Part shown: one piece after another, positions 24,901 to 36,400 of the stretch | Position numbering within the stretch: position 1 is the stretch's first letter | Layout of the letters: each line of letters starts with the position of its first letter | NCBI GenBank assembly: GCA_905178155.1 | Contig: CAJINV010000005.1 | Span: 2,792,054-2,856,053 of the forward strand | Reading direction: 5' to 3' | DNA: 64,000 bases | Origin: Amoebophrya sp. A120 | Taxonomy: Eukaryota > Protista > Dinoflagellata | Notes under the pieces: generated by a model | Told to the model about the DNA's origin: nothing | The model's database searches: none | What the model saw: the letters and a program-made list of their open reading frames with translations, nothing else | Translations under genes and position numbers: made by a program

Positions 24901-27900
24901 CGAGCAGGAATTCGCGATGAAGACTTTGAAATTGAAAATCAGCCGGAAACAGGAGCGAAAGTGGATGATGGAGCGGGACCCCAGGACGAACTGGCCGAAG
25001 CACCTATCCTACCGACAAACGGTGGTCCGAAGCTTTATGGCGTCCGCAAACGTTACATTCTCAACTGTTACAAACATGATTTGTCATGCAAAATGACCAT
25101 GAGCCGCAGGACAATCAAGCTGCTTCGCATGACAAATTATCGAAGGGCTAAACAGCATCTAAATCCGTGCCAGATTTGTGATGCAAGACTTGCAAGCCGT
25201 CCCCTTTCCCTATTGCTGTTTTTGCATGACAGATTCGTGTAACGACTGAAGAATGTAATGGCTGAGAACGCCATAAGCTTGTGGGCGGAGTTGCTGAGTA
25301 ACTTGAAGGTCGCGGTGCACATATGAATTGCAAATATGTCTGGGTCTGGAAGGATGCGAACTTGTCATGCGGATTCTGGAACAAGCAAAAATCTGTATTG
25401 CGTAGTCAGCAAAAGGTACGCGATTTTTGTCTCCAGAAGAGGGCATTTGTCATGCGGAATAGGTATGGAGAAGCCTCCACAGAGTTTGTCATGCTCTGTG
25501 TGCATTTCAGACCTTTTTGTAGATGTAGAAAATGCATGACAAATGTCTGATTTCCTCCAAACCCAGACATTTTTTGATTTGATAGCACATGTCGGAGTGC
25601 GATCGAGAATTCGAAGAGGAGGAAAGATTGCAGAGACAAGCGGAGGCGGTGAAACGAGAACAGCTGTTAGGGGCGTCGACGGGAAGCAGTTCTTCTTGCG
25701 CGTCCGCGTCAGGCGGTGGAGGTGGCGCGGCTTGCGTCAACACTCCTGCTGGTAGCTCTCATCCAAGCAGCTCCGGAGGACAGCTAGGTTTGTTGAGCGG
25801 GACCACCAGCAGCACCGCCCTACTAGGCAGTACAACTTCGAGCACTTCTACTGGAACAGCGGGCGCGTCGACATCCAGTACTTCGTTTCTAAAAATCCCG
25901 AAGGTTGGCTCCGCCGCTTCTCTTTCCACCATGGCGAGCTACTGGAACCACGGGTCCTCGTCGCGCGACCAGCTGAGCGGAGCCGCAGGCGATCTCGAGC
26001 AGGATTTTCCCTCCCCTGCGTCCACCATCGGCGGAACGTCCCCGTTCGGAGGACCACCACCTCCGGGTGGAAGCAGTGGCTATCGAAGATACGGTTCCCC
26101 CGATCGGCACTCCGCGTCACCAACCGGGACGACCGACGAGCAGGCTTTGGACGAGGTGGAGGAGGAAGCCGCTGAAATGGGGGCTGGTGCTAGTACTGCA
26201 GCAGGAGCTGCCCGACGGGCGTTCCAACTAGTACACGCGGCAAGAGGATCGGCGTCGTCTTCTCCGAAAAAGAATTATGCTGCAGGAGGCGTAGGTCTAG
26301 ACAAAGACAAACCTCCGCGACCTCCAACTGCTTCGGGAATGACGCATCTTCAAAGTCACCAGCAACTGTCGTCCTCCCAAGCTGAACTGCAGCAAGCGGC
26401 CACCAAAACAACGACCACCGGCGCAGGTATTGAAATGAGCCCGACCACAGTAACCGACGGGCGAGACGCAGACCCCAGCATTGCTAGCATTATTGCCCAA
26501 CCACCCTCAGCCTTGTTAACACCAGAAGACACAAAGACAAACGCACGAAATAATAAAAGTCTCCGAAATATGAAACGAAGAACCACGCTCCGCGGGCGCA
26601 TTCCGGACCTCGTGGATATCCGCGTGACGAACGACCGCGTGCACTTGATCTTCACGCTGTGCAAAGGTGGCGAGGCCGTGAAGACCCCCATCCCGGAGAT
26701 CGCCAGCGACGTCTGTGCCGCGAAATTTGCGAAACACTTCCTGGAAACGCTGGAGGTGTTGCACGACGAATTGGACATTATGCACCGGGACGTCAAGCCG
26801 GAAAACATCCTTTTCACCGAAAAAGACCGGAAACCCGACACGGCACAGCTGATCGATTTTGGGCTCGCGTGCCCCATCGCGAAGGGGCTGGGCTGCAAGG
26901 GTGCGGCGGGCACGATAGACTACGTCTCGCCGCAGCAGTTGTGGAACATTCCCGGGTTTGCAGAGTTCAGGCGGATTTTGGAAGACAGTACAACTTCTAC
27001 ATGCATTTTTGTTTCAAATTGTATCCTCGTATGTGCAGGTACTAGCATGAGCATGACGAGACTCTGCCTGCCTAGTCCTCCTGTGCTCTGCAACTACGCA
27101 GCTTGTGGCTTTTCTCATTCCATAGTACTACTTAACACATACAACAGAGCCACCAGTTCAATCTCTCGACGACGATCCAGCTTTGCACCCGGACCTCCTT
27201 CCCGAGGACACCACCAACAGCAAAACCACCCAACAAGACGCCACACACCAGCTCGAGGAGCAGCGGCACTGGCACTATAGCGAGAAATATCACGAGAAAA
27301 AAGTGTTAGAGTTAAGTACACATTTGTTGGAGTCTCTGCATCACAAATTTTCTCTGTGTGGCAAAACAGTAAGGAAACGAGGCTCCGAAGCATTTCCTGC
27401 ATGGGAAAGGTTGTCTCTGTTGCCAGTCTTGCATCACAATGTGTAACTGTAGCAATTTTTTCCTGTGATAAGAAAGGGGATCTCTTCGCGCTCGGCGCGG
27501 TTTTGCACCTCCTGCTCGAAGGCCGGTCCGCCTGGGACCGCACCTCCCGAATGCCGGCCCGCGCGGGAAGCACTTACGACCCGGCGGACAGGCTGCGCGA
27601 AAACTGCAAGAAGATTCAAACCTTCAAGGCGGACCGCCGACAGTACCACGAGATGGCCAGTTGCTTCGCGTGGACGAAGCGCTTGAGAAAAGCGCTGTCG
27701 AGCTTCCCGCTGGCGGGGGGGTGTGCGGGCGAGAAAACTGGTGCTGGTGGTGGAGGAGGCGGCGCAGCCGGGCGGGGGCTGCTGTCCGGATTGTCTTCTT
27801 CTTCCGCACGTGGTCCTCGCGGTGGATCATGTGGAATGAACATCATGAATAAACCTGGAAGTAGTAGAACCTCCGTCGATATCAAATGCAAAAATGTCTG

Positions 27901-30900
27901 GGTCTGGAAGATTGCTAGGTTTGTCATGCAGTTCTTCCATGACCCACGCGGTCTGGCATGCACGGCCTAGCATGCCAGGTTCTGTGAGATCTCTATCATG
28001 CCTTTCCTGCATGAGAAACTGCCTCTACTAACTTGTTAAAAAGTGGACCTCTTTTGGTAATCATGCAACACAAATTTTTCCACGATCCAGCTCGCTGCAG
28101 CATGACAAGTTACACTCTTCCAGACCCAGACATTTTTGCATTTGATAGTCGAAGATTGCGGGGAGTCGACGAGCACCTCTGTACAAATCGCGGAAGATGA
28201 AGCAGCGTGCTCTTTATCCAGGAAAAAACACCCCTCCACATCCAATTTGTCATGCATAACATACATAAAGTTCTGTGTTTGTCATGCAAAAAATGGATGT
28301 GGATGGGTTTTTTTTCTGTGGATACTCTTCCCTCCTCTCCTACTCAGCTTCGGCCACGGATGCGGCAAGTCGGGGTGGACAGCGCGCAGCTGGCGACGCA
28401 GCATCAAGAGCGAGAGCAGCAGCTGCTTCCTGTGCCGGAGCAGTGCCCTTGCCTCACCCACCAACCTGCCAGCTGTTTGGAGGTGCTGGGGTAGAAATGC
28501 AGCACGGAAGTACAACCAACGCATCCTCTCCCTGCAACGACTGCCACACTGAGGAAGTGATCGGGAACCTGCACAATACTGAGTATAATCATGCACCCTC
28601 TACGCACGGAACCATGCCAGTCCTGGATGAAAGGGACATTTCGTCCGTTTTCGAGATCACAAAGAAACAGCAGGAAAAGGAAGACGAAAAGCAAGTGATC
28701 GTGGAAGAACTTCTTCTGCATGAGAAGCAGCCCAGCCGGGCCACCGCCGAGAGCGACGGTAGTTTTTTCACACCCTGCACGTCTCCACAACACTTTGCGA
28801 AATTTATCGAGCAAAAATCTGTTATCGTTATCGAATTTGAAATTGCTGGCAAAGGCCAAATTTTTTTAAGTTTAGCTAGAGTGGGGTAGCAATGAAATCC
28901 TTATCCGCCCCCGCGGCGGATAAGCCGGGGGGGGGGCCCCCCCCGCCTTATCCGCCGGCGGGCGGTACCGGTATAGCCGCGACAAAGTGGCCGGGCGCCA
29001 CCATCGCCTGGAGGACCCGGACATGCCGAGAGCATCCGGCGTGTTGTGGGTAGATTTTGAAACACCACAAAGATCCATCGACGGCATGGCGCCGCCGGTC
29101 TTTGTGGTGTTTGTTTCTTTGAAAGTGGCAGGCGCAGCCCCTGAAGACTCCGCACTGCCGGGAGTACTTTGGACTCAAAAAAACTCGCCAACAGATATTT
29201 GCCACGCAAAAGGCGAAAAAGCTTGGGAAATTCGCCACGCAAGCAACGGCCCAACAAATAATAGCAAGCAACGGGCACACAGGGCCAGGGCCAGAACAAA
29301 CCTGCCCCACAGAATTAAACTCCTACCGTGTGCAGCGCGAGGGCCGCCGAGCTTCCTCGCTTATTTCCTTCGGGCTATGTACTTACTCGCCAGGCCATGC
29401 CGCCCTGCTCTTGGGCCGGCGCCCATGCCTGCAGGTAGCGACTTAGGGCCCGAAGCGAGAAGCGCAGCTGGCTAAAGGTTTTATCTTGCGCGCGCCCGCC
29501 TTCGGAGGAAGTGTGTCTGTGCAGACCCAAGCCGGCCGCCCGCTAGTATGGATTCCACCGCCTGCCTTTGCAATGGGCCCACGCACCCAAACAAGCCGCA
29601 ACAGCGCCTAAGGCTGCGCACCCAGAGTCCGCCTCCTTTAAATGTTGGGCGCCATCGGCGGTAAAATTCCCCCCGGTGGCGTGCTTGACTTATATTCCAC
29701 GGCGACAGGGCGAAGGCCTAGGCCGGGCAGCCATTAACTTCCTGGGCCCCGGGCCGGGCCGTGTCTGTTGGTGACATCTTTGCCGCAGCGCGAATAGTTA
29801 GCTTGCTTCCGCCGCGGCCATGTTTAAGGACTTGGGCCGCGTGGGCGGCAGCCTCGCGCGCTCTACTTTTGTTCGCCTGCTTTTTTCCTTGCCGCCGCCA
29901 GCCAATCAATGCGCCCTATCTTTCCGGCGTGGCACAAACGCCCGCCCGAAGTGATATGCGAAACAGGTCTCGGGGCCCAGTGCGTGCGGTTTTCTCGGTT
30001 CCCACTGCAGGCCCTCCCACTTCCCATCTCCCTCGGGCCCCAGTGGGGTTTCCCAACTGCACAGGCCCCGGGGCGGGCCCAGTGCGGCGGGCTGTGGCTC
30101 TGGGCAAGCCGCAGCCCGATTGCTACCCTACCAGCTACCGTCGCCGCGCTGGCTCACACACTCTCGACACCCCGGCCGCCACGCCACGCGGCACGCATTG
30201 CGCCAAGGCGCCGGGGCAGCAGCGCCGGGGCCCTGCGTGGGGCTGCGGGCTTGGTTGCTTGGGATTCCTTGCGTGGCGTGCTTTCGGCGCGAATTGGTAG
30301 CCGCTGGGGCCTGTGGGCAGCTTACAAACCCGGCGAGGTGCTTGCGCCTGCGACCAGACCCCGGCGGGCCTGTACGCGTGAAGCCTGGCGCCCTTGTTTG
30401 CGGGGCACGCTGCCGGGCTCGGTCTGTGTGTCTGCATCTATTGTTTGCAAGCAACGTGATGAAGCCCAGCCGGGCTCCTGTTGACAAACCTCCCAGACAG
30501 GCCCCGACATGCAAGGCCCGGGCTTCTATTGACAACCCCCCCCGCCAGCGAATTAAAATCCAGCGGGCGCATGCTAAACGAAAGCAAGAGGAAAATTGAA
30601 GTATTGGGGACGACAGGAACGCTGCTGCTATGCCGTTTTTCGGACTTTTCTATGCCTTTTGTCAGGGAAATTCAGTAAAAAAGAAAAACGCTTTTTATTT
30701 TCTTTGTGTGAATTCCCAAACCCAAAGCCACGGCTTTCCGCCTCGTTTTGCTCGCATGACAAAAACTGGCATGCCGTGTTTCTTTCCAATCCCGACGGTG
30801 CGACGTTTGGCAGCTTCCTGCGTATTACTTAAACCATAACCATAAGCACCAGCGGCGTGCTGTGTGTCGGCCCGGGGTCCCTCGGGCTCACCCAAAGGGC

Positions 30901-33465
30901 GCCGGGGCCGGGCCAGTTCATAGGGCCTATTGCGGGATGGCCCGCCGGCGGATAAGCCGGGGGGGGGCGCCCCCCGGCTTATCCGCCACGGGGGCGGATA
31001 AGGATTTCATTGTTACCCCACTCCTACTGACTTAGCTACCTCAACTAGCTATGATTTTGAACTACTTGTGTGCATTTGGTCAAGCGCCGCGCCGAAGCCT
31101 GGATCATGTCGAGCCCATTCTGCCGAACCGTTTTGAGCTGCGCGCCAACCCTCCCAGGTGGATGCGATTTGCTCAGCTTCCGGCAGTGCAAGCTGGAAGC
31201 TTGTTTTGGGCTCATAAAGATCGATTTGTAATGCGGACCTGCGTCTCAGGCGCGTCATGTTTTTGACATGGGAAAAGTGCTGCCGCGCCCACTGCATCAC
31301 GCAGATAGATGCCCAGAAGTGAGGCAGTTTAGGTGTGCTCTGGTTACCGGCCAGGGCCTCGGAAATCTGGCCAATTTGGCCAGCAAAAATGACCACTTTT
31401 CCGAAGCCTCCGGGCAAACCGATAACAAGCACCCTCTTTGCTCACTTTTATAGTCCGCGTGCCCCCGTGCTACGTCTCTGTTATCGGTTTCGGCTTGGCC
31501 ACCCCACCGAAACCGATAACAAGGCAGGGATTTGCTCAGTTTATCGTGCCCATGCCACCGTGATAAAAATCTGTTATCGGTTGCGCTTTTGGCATCGCGC
31601 CAAATCCAACCTTCGCAAAGTAGACCCATAAACTTGAGCTAGCCACGACCTGAGTCGGACTGTAAAAGTGGCCAAAAATGGTGCTTGTTATCGGTTTGGC
31701 CTTCTGAACCGATAACAGACACCTAAGCACGGTGGCACGCGGACTATAAAAGTGCCCAAAAATGGTGCTTGTTATCGGTTTTGCCGGAGGTCCGGCAAAA
31801 CGAGGGCACTTTTGCCCCCCAGAAAGGAGGTCCGGAGGGCCTCCGGACAACAAGCATCCCCCTTGCCCAAGAACATCCCCAAAGACACTAGGAAACAAGG
31901 ACGCTTACAGCTCTGCAAGCACTCCAAAAAGGAGTCCTTGTCAGCGCGCCGCCTCGCCAGCTTGGCGAGCGGATCGTCCTCGTCGATCTGCTTCTTCTTT
32001 GCCATGTCTATCAGCTCGCTCTTACACTCAAACCACCCTCCCCTCGCACTGACAGAAGACGCGTCGCCGCCTATCAGCTCGCGGACGTGCTTTGCAAGCA
32101 CTCGCAGCCACACTGTTTTGTTGGCGCAGTTGGCAAGACAGTATCGAGATCGGACGCGGAGTCTGGCCTGGGATGACTGCGCGACACCGAACCGGAACGC
32201 CGCCACCTCGAGATCCGCCGCGTCAAGTCTGCCGTCTCGTGCCCCAGAAGGATGACCAAATGCACACAATTAGGTCAAAATCATCATGACCGACGATAGC
32301 TACCTCACTAGATAATTTTAAAAAAATTTTCGCTTTCGTTTCAAATTCTTAATTCGATAACGATAACAGATTTTTTTTCACCCCCTGCACGTCTCCGCAA
32401 CACTTTGCGAAACTATTGCAGGAAAATCATCTTAGCGATGTCACTGGAGCGGACTGCAGTGTAGGTCCGGTAAATTTGTCAAACAGTGCAGGTGCTGGAG
32501 GAGCTTCTTGCATTTCTGCGTCTGCAACTGGTGCTTCTGGTTCTGCTGGTACAAGCAGAAGTCATCCAGGTGCTCCTGCTGCGTCCTCTTCAGCAACGAC
32601 ACTACAGCAGAATCAACAGCTCGACAAAAGAACGCAGGAGCAGTCACGACAGTCTTTTCTGAACCGACAGAAAAACACGAAGGTGGATCAGATGGCGCAG
32701 TTCTCAGACGATTCAGCATCTTCGGACTACGAGGCAATCGAGACCATGTATGGCGGGGGGCGACGTCGCGCTGGTATTAAAGGCGATAGGAACAAACGCA
32801 AAACCGATAGCAGGAATCCAGCAAATGAAATGACCGACACAAAAATGGAAGAGGCCGCGGCGCCGTCTTGCTCTACTACCGGCGAAACTGCAGCCCAAGG
32901 ACCCACAACATTGAAATTGATCCAGAACGACAACGATGATGAAAATATACAAGAGGTCTGCGAAGTAGACAACACCGACCCGCAGCAGCAATTGTGCAGT
33001 TACGTCGCTGGAACTACTACAAATGCGCCCGACGACCAATCCGACTCTGACAGTGAAGAACGCGAAAAACTCCGGATTCAGAACAAGGTCCTTGACGAAT
33101 CCCACCGGTACGCGCGGGAGCTGTTCGGGTTTCCGGGGGATCGGCGGCGAGACCACAACTTAACCCGTGGCGGCCGGAAACTTTGCCCGACCATGGCAAA
33201 CCGGCAGGTCGCGTGCAGCATCGTGGAATTCTACGCCTGCGGCGGCGTTCTGAGGTATCCCTACGAAAACGCGACACCCCTCGCGCAGGACTTCCTGGCC
33301 AAGTTGCTCACCGCGTTGGAGCAAGATCGGTTTTCAGCGAAGGAAGCGCTGCAACACCCCTGGATCACAACGATCGACTTCCGCGATCAGCAGTACCAGC
33401 GAAGCAAGAAGTTGCGGAAAAAATTCTCGAAGTTGAGGACAGTGTATGGCAGTAGAACGTCCTGA
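21969..33465 (+). CDS. Ser/Thr protein kinase (CAMK-like) with hydrophobic N-terminus and large low-complexity inserts
   Basis: Subdomains in order: LGKTIETGMNGAV, FAMK, LWAELL, HRDVKPEN, DFG, GTIDYVSPQ, YSEKGDLFALG, DRFSAKEALQHPWI. Nine introners, one unresolved intron near 26956-27125 and a 3.6-kb insertion. Confidence 0.85.
22448..22716. mobile_element. Introner family A (orientation Y)
   Basis: TSD tacag; family A TIR; removal gives WNYRNGEQK. Confidence 0.9.
22774..22919. mobile_element. Introner family B
   Basis: TSD agttg; TIR core tgcaaaagtatcgtact; removal gives AGQLELETIL. Confidence 0.9.
23619..23880. mobile_element. Introner family A (orientation Y)
   Basis: TSD ggaga; removal gives KEEMEERE. 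Confidence 0.9.
23934..24168. mobile_element. Introner family C
   Basis: TSD cctcc; TIR tatggcgttctcaaatgttacattct; removal gives HSLQDMSF. Confidence 0.9.
25036..25275. mobile_element. Introner family C (opposite orientation to 23934)
   Basis: TSD agctt; removal gives VRSLWAEL. Confidence 0.9.
25322..25584. mobile_element. Introner family A (orientation X)
   Basis: TSD gcaca; removal gives AVHMSECD. Confidence 0.9.
27288..27470. mobile_element. Introner family D
   Basis: TSD agaaa; tatcac...gtgata ends; removal rebuilds kinase subdomain IX, YSEKGDLFALG. Confidence 0.9.
27880..28147. mobile_element. Introner family A (orientation Y)
   Basis: TSD gtcga; about 30-bp perfect TIR; removal gives TSVEDCGE. 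Confidence 0.9.
28215..28324. mobile_element. 110-bp introner
   Basis: TSD ctctt; tatcca...tggata ends; removal gives AACSSLLSY. Confidence 0.85.
28879..31023. mobile_element. Nested non-autonomous TIR element with GC-rich ends
   Basis: About 85-bp TIR 28879-28963 / 30940-31023 built from cttatccgcc and ggcggataag units; no convincing ORF. Confidence 0.8.
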
Positions 33466-36400
33466 TTGGTCGTGTATCTTTCCGTGCATACTATTCGTGG
33501 CCTCGATTTTTTCTTGATGAAGATGAAGTTGTAGTTGGCATGAAGATGGGTGAGCGCATTCACGCAGTGGCATTTTTCGTTTACGATTATTTGGCGCGCT
33601 TTTGAAAAATAAAGGGCCGATGCGTCGGTTTTGATGTTGCATAGCAGAAAGAAACGAAAGTTCCATTACGCGTACGAAACAAAATCGAGCATCACGAAAT
33701 GCATGGACGACAAATTTTTCAGCTATATAAAGTGGTGAGTCCATTGTCGCGACGATTCTGATGGTTCTGCGTGAGCTTTATGCAATAGCAATACCATATT
33801 TTCCGCGCACGTGCAAAATGCGACAGTTTTACTCAGGCTGGAACGCTTGTCATGCTGACTTCTAGGACCGGAGGGCAGGCAAGTTTTGTTATGCAGCGAT
33901 TCCGCATTTGTACGTGTACAGGAAATTATTCAAGTTTCCTGTGGATAAGCTTGCCAGCAATTACATACACGCGCCGCCGGATGATCACTATTTGGCTTCT
34001 GGCACTGAAATTTGAAAACATTTTCCGATGCATAATGGTGGCTATCTGTTTAGGCGAACAAGGCTGCAACTCTTTGCTTTTAGCACTTTCGAGTGCACCC
34101 TTCGGCGCTTTGTTTTATCCACGTAAAGGCTCCTAATACTCAACTACTCGCCCCACGTTATTTTGGATGTTTCGCCGTCGAGTACTCCTCCTTGATGCAG
34201 ACGCGTTTTTTTTTTTTACTTTCCGCTCGACGACACACTAACACCACTACGCCTAAAGCCACGACTCAGTGTAGTCGTCTTCACATTGACTTACGCACGA
34301 CACACATCTGAGAATAGAAAATTTTAGTTGATATCTGTCATTTCTAATTTTCTGAGAATTCAAAAAAAAATTGCATCTGCAGCTACCTATCTGCATATGT
34401 TCTCCAATGATTTCAGCCTGCCATGTATTGAACAAGAGCTGAAAATGATTGTTTGTTCGGGCCTACTTTGGTGGTGGAACGCGACGCTACTGCTCACCGT
34501 TTTGTTAGTGCTACAACTTTAAAGAATTAGGACATTGTAAATGTTCAACAAGTTGAGATATATTTTTCTTTTTCCACATTGGACGCGGCACTTATCGTAT
34601 TGTAGAAGCGTTTCGCGGTCCATCGTTGACTCAGTCACCATGGGCATGAATCTTCTCTGCGATAAAGATAATTCGTGCAATTTGTTCCAATCCTTTTGAC
34701 GATTTTTTTCTAGCATCTGTTTCTAGGTCTAGCTTTGTAATTGTAATATGTTGGATTTTTGAAACGTCAGGTGTTCCTATTCTGGCTTATCCCACGTTTT
34801 TACTTTTTGTGAAACGCAACTGCAAGCATGCCATGCTAAGGGCATTTCATCATCCAATTTTCCGTATTCTATGTCGAAAAATGTCCGCAAAATCAAAAGC
34901 AAAAATGAAACCCAGAGCTCGTTGTCGTTTGAAAGAATGTGAATGAAAATTTGATTTATTTGTAAACGATAGATAGTGACTCTGTGGCTCGTCTTCCTGC
35001 GAATCGTGGATTGATGATGAAGCTTGTGTTTACTAACTGCAGGCAAGAACAGAGTGATCCATCCTGTCTGTTGTGTTGTCTTCGTCTTGCCCCTGCTTGT
35101 AATTGAACGTGATTGCGCTCTTCAGAGAGAAATTTTCGAAGATCCTCGTTCTTGGAGATCAGCAGATTGTCGTGGTTTTTTGATCTTGGAAGTTGCCGCT
35201 TCAGAAGATCCCGTCTTGCTAGTATTGTGTTATTGCCAATTTTATGCGAGTTATTCGTCCCGTTCCAATCTGCTTCGGCTCGGAGTCATGGTCTATTTTT
35301 TGCTGGATTGATTTTCCCCCGCCTGCACCTGCAATTGCATTCGGTCGTGCTCCGTGCACGCAGTAAAATAATGTCATGATTCGTAAACATTGAGTCAGTT
35401 CAACATGGAGCCCCTAGAGGTACGATATTTTCGTGCAGGTTGCAAAAGCCTGCGCGACTTTTTTCTGGCATTTTTCTATTGTCTTTTTCCTACGCAAGAA
35501 GGTTCTGACAAATTTTCAGAAAGAAGAGGATGCGCAGGTCGCCGCAAGTCCAAAGCACATCAACCGTGTGCTGCTGCTGCTCGGGCGGTACTCGTCTACA
35601 AACGACGGTCGAGGACCAAAAGCGGGGTCGGGGACGCAAGAGTGATGTCATACCGCAAAGAAATCCTCCTCGTGCTTCCCATCGTAGTGTGCTCGCGATC
35701 AAGAGTTTATGTTTTAAACGGTCGTTAGCATACAGAAGGGTGAATTCCCAGTGAATTTGTATTGCGTGGCATGATGCATGAATTAATCAGGTGCATGCGA
35801 AGAACACGGGGACAACATACAAGAAGCCAGCGCGCCGTGTTGATGGGCTGCTTGGCTGGTGGCGCTTCCCTCCTGTGGACGCTTGCCGCTTGTTGCCCAA
35901 AGTGGCGCACCTGGTGGACTGCGAAGCAACGCAGGTGGCTTGTGGCGGTCTTACAACACGACGCTGCATGATCCGCCGACTCGATAGTGGCGGATCGACC
36001 GGGACGAGGGCCATGCCTGAAAAGGTGGCCAAATGTACTAGCTCAACATGTCAAAATAGAGAAGTCGCGTCACGGGTTGTGGCTGCCTCGGCTTGGATAT
36101 CTGGAGACAGGTTGCTACGGATGCTAGCATCGCCTGCTTTGCTCTGTAAGTAACNGTACCGGTATAGCCGCGACAAAGTGGCCGGGCGCCACCATCGCCT
36201 GGAGGACCCGGACATGCCGAGAGCATCCGGCGTGTTGTGGGTAGATTTTGAAACACCACAAAGATCCATCGACGGCATGGCGCCGCCGGTCTTTGTGGTG
36301 TTTGTTTCTTTGAAAGTGGCAGGCGCAGCCCCTGAAGACTCCGCACTGCCGGGAGTACTTTGGACTCAAAAAAACTCGCCAACAGATATTTGCCACGCAA

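Larger units (their letters stand above)
28803..32372. mobile_element. 3.6-kb composite insertion flanked by a 40-bp exon duplication
   Basis: Direct repeat 28763-28802 / 32373-32412; 25-bp perfect inverted repeat 28813-28837 / 32351-32375. Confidence 0.85.

Noticed and set aside
28901-30900. Many overlapping ORFs in the GC-rich nested element
   Set aside because: Open in several frames owing to high GC; no transposase motifs seen.
33500-35600. Gene or pseudogene in the AT-rich spacer
   Set aside because: Only short ORFs with no recognisable similarity.
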